Position numbers and translations under genes: made by a program
Source: Chloroflexota bacterium
GTDB lineage: Bacteria; Chloroflexota; Limnocylindria; Limnocylindrales; CSP1-4
Reading direction: 5' to 3'
Assembly (NCBI GenBank): GCA_003171255.1
Contig: PMYK01000054.1
Coordinates: 53,910-117,909 of the forward strand
Length of the DNA stretch: 64,000 nucleotides
Part shown: positions 1 to 8,940 of the stretch, piece by piece
How the letters are laid out: every line of letters starts with the position of its first letter
How positions within the stretch are numbered: position 1 is the stretch's first letter
The notes under the pieces: model-generated
Told to the model about the DNA's origin: nothing
The model's database searches: none
Seen by the model: the letters and a program-made list of their open reading frames with translations, nothing else

Positions 1-318
1 CGGGCCGGCGGCTCCACGGACCGCGAACTGCTGATTGCGGGCCTGCTCCATGACTGTGGCAAGGACCCCAGGGTCAGGCTGGTCCATCGCGTCGCGTGGT
101 CGCTTGGACAGCGCTACGGAACGTGGATCTGGCAGGCAAGCAGGCACATGCCGACATTCCGAACGGGACTCGCCATATTGCGCGACCATACGGAGCGCTC
201 GGCGGAGCTGGCTTTGGCGGCCTGTTGCACTGCCAGGACGATCGAGTTGATCAGGAACCAGGAGGCACCAACGGACGACGCCGGGCGGCTTCTGCTCGCT
301 GCCGACGAGGCCAATTGA
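1..318 (+). CDS. HD-domain phosphohydrolase, C-terminal fragment (5' end outside window)
   Basis: Frame 1 is open from nt 1 to TGA 316-318. Translation ...LLIAGLLHDCGKDPRVRLVHRVAWSLGQRYG... carries an HDxGK-type motif. The stop overlaps the scpA ATG (TGATG). Absent from the ORF track because it has no in-window start. Confidence 0.45.
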   Translation, partial: RAGGSTDRELLIAGLLHDCGKDPRVRLVHRVAWSLGQRYGTWIWQASRHMPTFRTGLAILRDHTERSAELALAACCTARTIELIRNQEAPTDDAGRLLLAADEAN

Positions 319-1208
319 TGACGCCGATTCTCACCACTCCCCGGGGAGCCGGTCTGACCGGCCGGATCGGTGCGATGCCGCGGCCGGGGACGGCGCCCGA
401 GGTAGGGTTCGATGCGGGCCTCGCCGAAAGCGTGACCCACGTCCGCATGGAGTCCTTCGAGGGACCGCTGGCCCTTCTGCTTGCCCTCATCGAGGCACGC
501 CAGCTCGACGTGCTGACAGTGCCGCTCGGTGGCCTGGCCGCGGCATATCTCGACGCGCTTGCGACGCTCGAGGGCGATCGCCTGGGCAACGTGTCGGCGT
601 TCGTGGCCGTAGCCGCTCAACTGATCCTGATCAAGAGCCGGGCAATCCTGCCCCGGCCGCCGAAGCTGTCGGCGATACCGCTCGATGACGAGCCAGACCC
701 CGAGGCGGACTTGCGGGCGAGGCTCCTCGAGTACCGCCGCTTCCGCGACGCCGGGTTGGCGCTGGGCCGGCGCCTCGACATCAACCGGCTGTTCCGCAGG
801 GACGCCGAGACGGCGGCGACAGCGGGCCGCGCGGGCGCGAGACCGCCGGAGCGGCCGCCGCTTCCGCCGAGTGTCCTGGCTCGGGCTCTGCGGCGGCTCG
901 CGACCGTAGTTCCGGTGACGCCCGTACCGGCCGAGATCGTGGCCAGAACGATCACGCTGTCCGAACGGACTGCGGTCATTCGGGCAGCCCTGCGTGGCTC
1001 GGACACGCTTGTCCTGCAGGAGCTTCTTGGCGGTGTCAGCGACCGCGTCGTGGTCACCGTCACTTTTCTGGCAATGCTGGAGTTGTGCAAGAGGCGCGAG
1101 ATCACACTCGAACAGGCAGAACCGTGGGGTCCAATCATTGTCCGACGCGTGACCCAGACTGAAGTGAGCGAGGCCGAAATAGACGAGAGCCTAGGTTCAT
1201 TCGCTTGA
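318..1208 (+). CDS. scpA: Segregation and condensation protein A (kleisin)
   Basis: Track ORF 96..1208 trimmed to ATG 318. FEGPLALLLALIEARQLDVLTVPL is the ScpA N-terminal signature. Immediately followed by scpB. Confidence 0.85.
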   Translation: MTPILTTPRGAGLTGRIGAMPRPGTAPEVGFDAGLAESVTHVRMESFEGPLALLLALIEARQLDVLTVPLGGLAAAYLDALATLEGDRLGNVSAFVAVAAQLILIKSRAILPRPPKLSAIPLDDEPDPEADLRARLLEYRRFRDAGLALGRRLDINRLFRRDAETAATAGRAGARPPERPPLPPSVLARALRRLATVVPVTPVPAEIVARTITLSERTAVIRAALRGSDTLVLQELLGGVSDRVVVTVTFLAMLELCKRREITLEQAEPWGPIIVRRVTQTEVSEAEIDESLGSFA

Positions 1209-1909
1209 GCAACGAGATCGATGAAGGCGTATTGCCGAGCGGATCGGCCGGAGGCGGCGACGAGCCGGTCGAGAGCACTGTCGGCGAGTCCGCTGAGAGC
1301 CGGACGATCTCGGCCGACCCCGCGCCGGGAGAGCTGACCGAGACGCAGCTCGAGGCGCTTCTGTTCGTAGCGGAGCGGCCCCTTGCCCGGGCCGAGATCG
1401 CCGGGCTGGCGGGCGTCGATCGGGAGGCCGTCGATGCCCGGATCGGCGACCTGCAGGTCAGTCTTGCCGAGCGCGGCATCCGGCTCGTGGAGTCTGGCGA
1501 GAAGGTCGAGCTGGCCACCGCGCCGGAGGCGGGGCGTTTGATCGCTCGGTACGTCGGCGCGGATGCGCCGCGCCTGTCGACCCCATCGCTCGAGACGCTG
1601 GCGATCGTGGCCTACCGCCAGCCGTGCACGCGGGCCACGATCGAGCGTATTCGCGGCGTCGACTCCGACTACACGATCCGGACGCTGCTGCATCGTCGAT
1701 TGGTGGTCGAGCTTGGTCGCTCGGAGGCGCCCGGCCGCCCGACTCTCTTCGGCACTGGCTTCGACTTCCTCGAAAGGTTCGGCCTGACGAGCCTCGACCA
1801 GCTTCCGCCGCTCGAGGCGGAGATCGCGGAGAGGCTCTTTTCGGAGGCCGACACCGACACCGAGGCTGGTGGAGTCGGCGACGCCGGCGAGCGCGGTGAG
1901 GCCGACTGA
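1205..1909 (+). CDS. scpB: Segregation and condensation protein B
   Basis: TTG 1205 overlaps the scpA TGA. TQLEALLFVAERPLARAEIAGL and LETLAIVAYRQPCTRATIERIRGV are ScpB winged-helix motifs. Confidence 0.85.
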   Translation: MSNEIDEGVLPSGSAGGGDEPVESTVGESAESRTISADPAPGELTETQLEALLFVAERPLARAEIAGLAGVDREAVDARIGDLQVSLAERGIRLVESGEKVELATAPEAGRLIARYVGADAPRLSTPSLETLAIVAYRQPCTRATIERIRGVDSDYTIRTLLHRRLVVELGRSEAPGRPTLFGTGFDFLERFGLTSLDQLPPLEAEIAERLFSEADTDTEAGGVGDAGERGEAD

Positions 1910-2779
1910 ATGGCCCGCGCGCGGATCCAGAAGGTGATGGCCGAGGCGGGAGTTGCCTCGCGGCGGGGTGGCGAGGATCTGGTTCGCGCCGGCCGGGTGA
2001 CTGTCGACGGCCGCCTGGCGATCATCGGCGAGCTGGTCGATCCGGAGATGCAGCGGGTCGAGGTCGACGGCAACCCGTTGCCTGCCTCGGTCGGTCCGCG
2101 CTCGTATTGGGCCCTCAACAAACCGGCCGGGGTCGTCTCGACTGTGCGTGACCGCCACGCCGATCGGACCGTGATGGAGCTTCTGCCGCCCGAAGCCAGC
2201 CGCGGCACTCGCCTGTATCCGGTCGGGCGGCTGGACGAGGAATCGGAGGGTCTGCTGCTGTTCACCGACGACGGCGCCTGGGCCGACCTGATGCTCCACC
2301 CGCGCTACGGCGTGGAGCGCGAGTACATGGTCGGGCTGGACCGATCGGTGATGAAGGCGCAGAAGATCGCGCTCCGGACCGGCGTCGAGCTCGAAGAAGG
2401 GCTGGCTCGAATCGATCACCTCGACGACGTGACGCCGGCTCAGGTGCGGAACCTGAGCGCGCTGCTAGCGCCGCCCTTCCCCGAGCTGCGCTGGTATCGC
2501 GTCGTGCTCGCGCAGGGCTGGAAGCGTCAGATCAGGCGCATGTTCGACGCGGTTGGGATGCCGGTCCAAAGGCTCGTCCGCGTCAGGGTTGGCACCCTCA
2601 AACTGACCGACCTGCGGGTCGGCGAGGCCCGACGGCTGACCCACGGCGAGGTATCGCTGCTCGCCTCGTGCGCCCGGGCGCAGACGACCACCCGCCCACA
2701 GCGGCCGGTCGTGAGGCTGGGCGAGAAGCCGGCCGAGGCAGCGAGTCGGGAACGCCGCGGCGGCGCCGCCGCCGAGTAG
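1910..2779 (+). CDS. rluB: 23S/16S rRNA pseudouridine synthase, RsuA/RluB family
   Basis: N-terminal S4 domain (RIQKVMAEAGVASRR) plus catalytic motif GRLDEESEGLLLFTDDG. The ATG directly follows the scpB stop. Confidence 0.85.
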   Translation: MARARIQKVMAEAGVASRRGGEDLVRAGRVTVDGRLAIIGELVDPEMQRVEVDGNPLPASVGPRSYWALNKPAGVVSTVRDRHADRTVMELLPPEASRGTRLYPVGRLDEESEGLLLFTDDGAWADLMLHPRYGVEREYMVGLDRSVMKAQKIALRTGVELEEGLARIDHLDDVTPAQVRNLSALLAPPFPELRWYRVVLAQGWKRQIRRMFDAVGMPVQRLVRVRVGTLKLTDLRVGEARRLTHGEVSLLASCARAQTTTRPQRPVVRLGEKPAEAASRERRGGAAAE

Positions 2780-2828
2780 CGACCGAGTCATACCGTGCCC
2801 GTCCTCCGGCCACGGTATCCTGCGAGCC

Positions 2829-3551
2829 GTGACTACCAGCCCGAAGCCCGATCCATCGCCGCGAGCTGCCGGCGGCCTCGTTGTCGCCGTCGATGGCCCC
2901 AGCTCGAGCGGCAAGAGCACGGTCGGCGCCGAAGCCGCCAGGCGGCTCCGCTACCGCTTCTGCGACACGGGCCTGCTGTACAGGGCGGTGGCGTGGCTGG
3001 CCCTGGAACGTGGCATCGCTCCGGCCGACGTTCCGGCGCTCCTCCCGCTTGCGGCCGAGGTAGTGCTCGTGGCGGACGCACGCGGACGGCTGCGCCACGT
3101 GGAAGCCGATGGACGCGACGTTACTCACGAAGTGCGTGGCGCGGACGTTGATCGCGCCGTGTCGGACTACTCCAAGGTGCCCGAGCTGCGGGCGGCGCTC
3201 GTACCGCGCCAGCGCGATCTGGCGGGCGAGGGCGGGATCATCATGGCCGGCCGTGACATCGGCACAGTCATCCTGCCCGACGCGGACGTGAAGATCTACC
3301 TCAGCGCATCGGCCGAAGAGCGGGCTCGACGGCGCGCGGTGCAGCGCGGGACCGTGGACGAGACCGAGGCCGACCGGATCCTCGATGAGCTGCGCCGCCG
3401 CGACTCGATCGATTCGAGTCGGGAGACGGCGCCGCTTCGAATCGCGTCGGACGCGGTCGTCATCCGCACCGATGGGAACAGCTTCGAGCAGACGGTTGGG
3501 GCCGTGGTCCAGGCAATTCGCGCAGCGGAAGGAGCAGCGCGTGTCCGGTAG
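2829..3551 (+). CDS. cmk: Cytidylate kinase
   Basis: P-loop VAVDGPSSSGKST, CDTGLLYR and GRDIGTV motifs. GTG start. Confidence 0.9.
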   Translation: MTTSPKPDPSPRAAGGLVVAVDGPSSSGKSTVGAEAARRLRYRFCDTGLLYRAVAWLALERGIAPADVPALLPLAAEVVLVADARGRLRHVEADGRDVTHEVRGADVDRAVSDYSKVPELRAALVPRQRDLAGEGGIIMAGRDIGTVILPDADVKIYLSASAEERARRRAVQRGTVDETEADRILDELRRRDSIDSSRETAPLRIASDAVVIRTDGNSFEQTVGAVVQAIRAAEGAARVR

Positions 3552-4230
3552 GAAGCTGCCGCTGTTCCCGCGATTCAGCGGCGCCACCCTGCGTCTCGCG
3601 GCCGCCTGCACGACACGAGTCAAGCGGGAGGGGTTCGAGAACATCCCGCCGTCGGGCCCGGTTCTCGTCATCTGCAACCACTGTTCGAACGCGGACGGGA
3701 TGCTGCTGATGGCCTATGTCGTCCCGGCTATGGGCCGGCCGATGGGTTGGCTCGGCAAGGAGGAGGCCCTGCGCTGGCCGGTCTTCGGCTGGGGAATGCG
3801 GCAGAACGGGGTCATGGGCATCCGGCGTGGCGCCGGCGACCTGGAGGCCTTCAAGATGGCCAAGGGCGTCCTCGATCGCGGCGGCGTCCTGACGATCTTC
3901 CCCGAGGGCACGCGCTCGCCGAGCGGCGCTCTGCAGGAAGTGAAGGAAGGCGCAACAGTCCTGGCCGTCCGGAGCGGGGCGCCGATCCTGCCGATCGCGA
4001 TCACCGGCTCGCACCGGTTCTGGCCGAAGGGCAAGCTGCTGCCCCGGCCGGGCCGGCGGATGACCATCAGGGTAGGGGAGACCTTCACCTTGTCGATGCC
4101 GAAGGGCGGGGATCGCCGCGAGTCACTGCGCCTGGCCACCGCCGAGCTGATGCGCCACGTCGCGGAGCTGCTCCCCGAGGAGCAGCGCGGGGTCTACGCC
4201 GGAACGCCGGAGGAGGCCGATCGTTCGTGA
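3541..4230 (+). CDS. plsC: 1-acyl-sn-glycerol-3-phosphate acyltransferase
   Basis: Track ORF 3385..4230 trimmed to in-frame GTG 3541, which overlaps the cmk stop. HX4D motif NHCSNAD and FPEGTRS acyltransferase motif. Confidence 0.8.
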   Translation: MSGRKLPLFPRFSGATLRLAAACTTRVKREGFENIPPSGPVLVICNHCSNADGMLLMAYVVPAMGRPMGWLGKEEALRWPVFGWGMRQNGVMGIRRGAGDLEAFKMAKGVLDRGGVLTIFPEGTRSPSGALQEVKEGATVLAVRSGAPILPIAITGSHRFWPKGKLLPRPGRRMTIRVGETFTLSMPKGGDRRESLRLATAELMRHVAELLPEEQRGVYAGTPEEADRS

Positions 4231-4257
4231 CCGCCTCTGGTGTGATACTCAACAACG

Positions 4258-5217
4258 ATGGGTAACGTTCGAGAAGTACGGATCGCGCGACGGACCGGGT
4301 TCTGCTACGGAGTGCGCGAGGCGATCGACAAGGCCAAGGAATCAGCTGCCGCCGGCAAGCGGACGCACACGCTCGGCCAGGTCGTCCACAACGAGGGCGT
4401 CATCGCCCAGCTCCAGGCTCAGGGGATCGAGACCGTCGACACACTCGACCAGGTCGACGAGGGAACGGCGGTCGTCATTCGCGCCCACGGCGTCCGGCCG
4501 GATGTGCTCGAACGGGCGGAGGGGCGCGGCCTCGACGTGATCGATGGCACGTGCACGTGGGTGATCCAGGAGCAGCGAGAGATCACGCGGCTCGTCGAAG
4601 AGGGGTACTCGATAGTGCTCCTCGGCACGCCGCGCCATCCCGAGGTGGTGGGCCTGCTGGGCTTCGCGCCGGACGCGATCGTCGTGGACGAAGAAGAGGA
4701 CTGGGAAGCCATTCCGCGGCGCAAGAAGATGGCCCTGCTGAGCCAGAGCACCCAGCCACCCTGGAAGTTCGAGAAGCTGGCCGCGTTCATGGTGGGCCGC
4801 TGCCACGAGCTGAAGATCGTCAACACGGTCTGCCCGGTCACGATCCGGCGGCAGGAAGATACCGTCGAGACGGCGCGCGAGGTCGATCTGATGGTCGTCG
4901 TCGGCGGACGATCCAGCGCCAACACCAAGGAGCTGACTCGCCTGTGCAGCATCGTCGGGACGCGGGCGATCCAGATCGAGTCCGAGGAGGACCTTACCGA
5001 CGCAGCCGTGTTCGCCGACGCGTGCGTGGTTGGAGTCACGGGCGGAACCTCCACTCCGATCGAGGATCTGCGCTGCGTTGCGGAGCGGATCCTGCGGGTC
5101 GCGGGCACGGTTGATGCCGCTGTTCATGCGGAGGAGCTGGCCATGGCCGCCCTTGCCGCGGCGGCCACTCCGGCCGGCCGCACGACGTCTCTACCGGAGA
5201 TAGTGACGGCGGGTTAG
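4258..5217 (+). CDS. ispH: 4-hydroxy-3-methylbut-2-enyl diphosphate reductase
   Basis: LytB/IspH family. Three cluster cysteines in typical contexts (FCYGV, DGTCTWV, NTVCPV) and the HNEGV motif. Confidence 0.9.
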   Translation: MGNVREVRIARRTGFCYGVREAIDKAKESAAAGKRTHTLGQVVHNEGVIAQLQAQGIETVDTLDQVDEGTAVVIRAHGVRPDVLERAEGRGLDVIDGTCTWVIQEQREITRLVEEGYSIVLLGTPRHPEVVGLLGFAPDAIVVDEEEDWEAIPRRKKMALLSQSTQPPWKFEKLAAFMVGRCHELKIVNTVCPVTIRRQEDTVETAREVDLMVVVGGRSSANTKELTRLCSIVGTRAIQIESEEDLTDAAVFADACVVGVTGGTSTPIEDLRCVAERILRVAGTVDAAVHAEELAMAALAAAATPAGRTTSLPEIVTAG

Positions 5218-5269
5218 GTGGCCGAGTTGGCGCCCCGGGCCACTTGCCCCCGGCGCCCAGCGGGGTGCC

Positions 5270-5474
5270 TGCTCACCCCGTGAGCACAACGGACCGGCAT
5301 CCAGGCGCCGCCCGGTTGGACGCGTCGGTTCTGCTCGCCCGACGAGCATCCGCGACCGAAGCGGGTCAGGCGGCGGCCGGAAGAGGCGATTGTGGTCTCC
5401 GATTCGAGCAACGTCGTCCCATCGCGGACCTACGTCAACCGTCGCTTGTCGGATGTGCTCTCCCGGTGAGCATC
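5270..5474. repeat. Three related short hairpins TGCTC-N-CCCG-N-GAGCA in the ispH-der spacer
   Basis: 5270-5286 TGCTCACCCCGTGAGCA; 5332-5348 TGCTCGCCCGACGAGCA; 5456-5472 TGCTCTCCCGGTGAGCA. Copies 2 and 3 are followed by TC. Confidence 0.35.
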
Positions 5475-5577
5475 AGACGCCGGCCGCGGTCGGATTCGGT
5501 CGGCCCCGCACATCGGATGGCCACGATCGCCTGCGGCCATAGCCCCACCGGCGGCCGATTAGGGTCGAGCCGGCGCG

Positions 5578-7239
5578 ATGGCCCATAATCCCCGGGTGAC
5601 CCCACTACCAATCATCGCCATCGTCGGCCGTCCGAACGTTGGCAAGAGCACCCTGTTCAACCGAATCGTCGGCCGTCGAACCGCCATCGTCGAGGACCGC
5701 GCCCGAACTACGCGCGACCGAATCTACGGCGATGCCGACTGGAACGGCCGGCGCTTCATCGTCGTCGACACCGGCGGCCTCGAGATCCACCCCGGCGATC
5801 CGATCGAGGAGAAGGTCCAGGAGCAGGCTCGACTGGCCATCGGCGAGGCCGACCTCATCGTCTTCGTCGTCGACTCGATCGTCGGCCCAACCCCCGCGGA
5901 CCTCGAGGCGGCCGACCTGCTTCGGACGGCAAAGGCGCCGGTGCTCGTCGCGGCGAACAAATCCGACAACGACAAGCGTGAGCTCGAGGCGGCCGAGTTC
6001 TACTCCCTCGGCTGGGAGGAGACGTACGCGATCAGCGCGGCGCACGGGCGCGGTGTGGCCGACCTGCTCGACGCGATCGTCTGGGCTCTGCCGCCCGAGA
6101 GCGACGCGGAGATTGCCCGCAAGAAGCGAGTGGCCGAGGCGGACGAATGGGCCCGCGACATGGCCGCCGGGCGGCTGTCGCACATCCTCGACGGCGACTC
6201 CGACGCGATCGAGATGGCCGCGGAAGGCGGCTCGGACCTGCCGCTGGCGTTCGAGGACGAGGAGCAGTCGGTCTCGATCGCCCTGGTCGGCCGGCCGAAC
6301 GTCGGCAAGTCGAGCCTGCTGAACGCGCTTCTGGGCGAGGACCGGGCGATCGTCAGCGACATCCCGGGGACCACCCGCGATGCCATCGACACGCACCTGA
6401 CCTGGGGTCGGAGCGACATCGTCCTCATCGACACGGCCGGCATCAAGCGCCCGGGGAAGGTGGCCGGCGGCCAGGCCGCCGAACGCTACTCGACCCTGCG
6501 CGCCCTCAAGGCAATCGAGCGCGCCGACGTCGCCATCCTCGTCATCGATGCCTTCGAGGGCCTGACGGCTCAGGATGCCCACGTGGCCGGGTTCGTCGCC
6601 GAAGAGGGCCGCGGCCTCGTGCTCGCACTAAACAAGTGGGATCTGCTGGCCGAGAAGACCGATCGAACGTTCGACGAGTTCGTCGACTCGATGCGCGCTG
6701 AGGTTCCGTTCCTCGATTTCGCGCCGTTCGTGTCGATCAGCGCCAAGACCGGCCAGCGCGTCGGCCGCGTTCTCGAACTCGCCGTCGACGTCTGGGGCGA
6801 GCGCCGCAAGCGCATCTCAACGCCCGAGCTGAACCGCGTCATCGGCGCCGCGACCCTCCGTCAGGCGCCGCCGGCAGGCAAGCTCGGCCCGCCCAAGATC
6901 TTCTACGCGACCCAGGTGGCCGTGGCCCCGCCGACGTTCGTCTTCTTCGCCCGGCACGCCAGCCAGGTCCACTTTAGCTACAAACGCTTCCTGGAGAACC
7001 AGCTACGTGCGGAGTTCGGCTTCGACGGCACGCCGCTCCGGCTGTTCTTCCGCGAGCGAGCCAGCGGTCGATCGGCCGGTCCCGGCGGCCGGGGCAGGGG
7101 AGGCCATGGTCCTTCCGGGGCCCGCGTCGCGAGGACCGATTCGAGCGCCCCGCGCCCGTCACCCACGGTCAGGTCAGTGCGGGCGGGCACCAGCGCTTCC
7201 AAGCGGAGTCCCGGGGGCAAGCGCAACCCGCAGCGTTAG
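5578..7239 (+). CDS. der: Ribosome-associated GTPase Der/EngA with basic C-terminal tail
   Basis: Two GTPase domains with P-loops IVGRPNVGKSTLFN and LVGRPNVGKSSLLN, plus a KH-like C-terminal domain. An extra ~59-aa Arg/Gly/Ser-rich tail follows. Confidence 0.9.
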   Translation: MAHNPRVTPLPIIAIVGRPNVGKSTLFNRIVGRRTAIVEDRARTTRDRIYGDADWNGRRFIVVDTGGLEIHPGDPIEEKVQEQARLAIGEADLIVFVVDSIVGPTPADLEAADLLRTAKAPVLVAANKSDNDKRELEAAEFYSLGWEETYAISAAHGRGVADLLDAIVWALPPESDAEIARKKRVAEADEWARDMAAGRLSHILDGDSDAIEMAAEGGSDLPLAFEDEEQSVSIALVGRPNVGKSSLLNALLGEDRAIVSDIPGTTRDAIDTHLTWGRSDIVLIDTAGIKRPGKVAGGQAAERYSTLRALKAIERADVAILVIDAFEGLTAQDAHVAGFVAEEGRGLVLALNKWDLLAEKTDRTFDEFVDSMRAEVPFLDFAPFVSISAKTGQRVGRVLELAVDVWGERRKRISTPELNRVIGAATLRQAPPAGKLGPPKIFYATQVAVAPPTFVFFARHASQVHFSYKRFLENQLRAEFGFDGTPLRLFFRERASGRSAGPGGRGRGGHGPSGARVARTDSSAPRPSPTVRSVRAGTSASKRSPGGKRNPQR

Positions 7240-7348
7240 TCGGGCACATCGGCTTGGGCTGATCGCCGGCCCCTCGGCCGCGGCACGCGTCCGCATCGCG
7301 GGCGGCCAGTCGGGTGGCTCTGTGCGCGTCTGGTATTCTGTCGGTCGT

Positions 7349-7425
7349 CGGGGCGTGGCGCAGCCTGGTAGCGCACCTGAATGGGGTTCAGGAGGCCGAG
7401 CGTTCGAATCGCTCCGCCCCGACCA
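7349..7425 (+). tRNA. tRNA-Pro (anticodon GGG), CCA encoded
   Basis: Hand-folded cloverleaf: acceptor CGGGGCG/CGCCCCG, D-arm GCGC/GCGC, anticodon arm CCTGA-ATGGGGT-TCAGG, T-arm GAGCG-TTCGAAT-CGCTC, then ACCA. Confidence 0.9.
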
Positions 7426-7442
7426 TCTTCTGAACGTGTATC

Positions 7443-7476
7443 GGCCCTTGGAGACGACTCCGAGGGCCTTGTGATT
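7443..7476 (+). terminator. Intrinsic terminator after tRNA-Pro
   Basis: 10-bp stem GGCCCTTGGA/TCCGAGGGCC (one G-U pair) with a 6-nt loop, followed by TTGTGATT. Confidence 0.55.
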
Positions 7477-7862
7477 CGGGGGGGGTTCGTCCCGGCGAAC
7501 ATTCACCGAGTATTCGCGACTCATGGGGCCCAGACGGCCGGGACCGCCACGCACGGGTTGGTTCGGGCCAAAGATCGCGTTGGCCGTTGCGCCGGCGATC
7601 GAGCAGCTATTCGGTCACACCGACACAGAATGATCTCGTTCGCAGGTTCTGGGTCCGCGAGTTCACGCGACAAGCCGCGAACCGCGGCGGGACACGGCCG
7701 CAACCCTATCGTGCGAGATCGAGTCGTCGCGCCGCTGCCCTCGCGCGAGCGCTTCAGTGCGGTTCGTACCATGTCGAGCCGCCTGCCCAACCGCCATAAT
7801 CGTGCGCGAGCGGGTCTGCCGGACCCCGCCGCGATGGGTAGTCGCAGGGAGAGGGAACTACG

Positions 7863-8843
7863 TTGACCAGCTTGTGTCCGCGCTGCTCGACGCCTCGAGC
7901 GAGTGACTATCCGCTATGCCAGACATGCGGGCTCGACTTCCGAACCCAGGCCTACCAGGCTGGGCCGCCCGCCTCGCCCTATGGCACGGCCTACGGCGCG
8001 CCGCCGGCCCCTCCCCAGGCTCCAATGGTCTGCCCGCGCTGCAATGCGCCCCTGTACCCGGGACATACACGGTGCGGCAACTGCGGCTTCGACTCGGCCC
8101 AGCCCGCATGGGCCCCGGCTCCGGCCGTCGCAGCGAAGCCGGCCGGCTCCAACTTGCCGATCCTCCTCGCGATCGGCGGCGTACTGCTGCTGGCCGGCGC
8201 CGGGGTGGTGGCCGTTCTGGCCACGTCGAAGAGCGGCTCTGCGTCAGCCAGTCCGGCCGCCAGCACCGTGGCTCAGGCCTCGCCGAGGAGCACGCTGACA
8301 CCCCTGATCGTCCCCGCCGCGACCGATACCCCGGCCGCCACACCGAAGGCGACCGCCACCCCAACCGCCAAGTCGGGCACGCCCGAACCGTTGCCCCTCG
8401 CGTCCTGGACGACATTCACGGCGCCCGACGGCAAATGGTCGGTCGACTTCCCGAGCACGATGACCCCGCTCAAGCAGACGATGCCGCTTAACTCGGGCCT
8501 TGCCCAGGGCGACATGACCATGTACATGGTGGCCGACGGGTCCACGGCCTACGCGATGGTCTACTTCGACTTTCCGACCGGCACGATCGGCACGACTTCG
8601 TCCACGTTCCTGAAGCTGATGGAGTCGAGCATGATGGAGAGCGTGGGCGGCACTCTCGTCACCTCGTCGGACGCCATGGTGGGAACCTACCCGGCGCGCG
8701 ACCTGACGATCGACAAGAGCGGGCAGACGGTCAACCTGCGAGTTTGGTTCGTCGGCGATCGGTTCTACATGGCGATGGTCATGGCCCCCTCCGGATCGGT
8801 CGTGTACCCGCAGCACTTCGTGTCCACGGTGGTGCTGGGGTAG
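7863..8843 (+). CDS. Double zinc-ribbon membrane protein with Pro/Thr/Ala linker and uncharacterised C-terminal domain
   Basis: TTG start after RBS GGGAGAGGG. CPRCSTP..CQTCG and CPRCNAP..CGNCG zinc ribbons, one TM segment (LPILLAIGGVLLLAGAGVVAVLA), a PT-rich linker, then a ~150-aa domain with no motif I recognise. Confidence 0.6.
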   Translation: MTSLCPRCSTPRASDYPLCQTCGLDFRTQAYQAGPPASPYGTAYGAPPAPPQAPMVCPRCNAPLYPGHTRCGNCGFDSAQPAWAPAPAVAAKPAGSNLPILLAIGGVLLLAGAGVVAVLATSKSGSASASPAASTVAQASPRSTLTPLIVPAATDTPAATPKATATPTAKSGTPEPLPLASWTTFTAPDGKWSVDFPSTMTPLKQTMPLNSGLAQGDMTMYMVADGSTAYAMVYFDFPTGTIGTTSSTFLKLMESSMMESVGGTLVTSSDAMVGTYPARDLTIDKSGQTVNLRVWFVGDRFYMAMVMAPSGSVVYPQHFVSTVVLG

Positions 8844-8940
8844 ACCCGTTGGAGGCGCGTCCGGTCGACCAGGCGTAAACTCGGGCGGAGCCCAGGGTCC
8901 GCAACTACGGCCGGTCCCTGCACCCCCGGACGAGTGACAG

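Noticed and set aside
96-317. Long N-terminal extensions of track ORFs (for example 96, 3385, 12408, 13631, 13897, 14532, 17618, 23253, 25121, 30340, 39247, 43675, 55989, 56545, 58985, 59890, 60258)
   Set aside because: The extensions overlap upstream genes in another frame, are Arg/Pro/Gly-rich and lack RBS. Internal starts with an RBS or ATGA/GTGA overlap reproduce family-typical N-termini.
617-2419. 600-aa ORF on the minus strand
   Set aside because: It lies antisense to scpA, scpB and rluB, all of which have clear family motifs. Its translation is Arg/Ala/Pro/Gly-rich with no motif. This is the typical shadow ORF of a high-GC genome.
5244-5588. 114-aa ORF filling the ispH-der spacer
   Set aside because: No RBS, Arg/Pro/Ala-rich, no motif, and it would run into the der start. 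The region is treated as non-coding.
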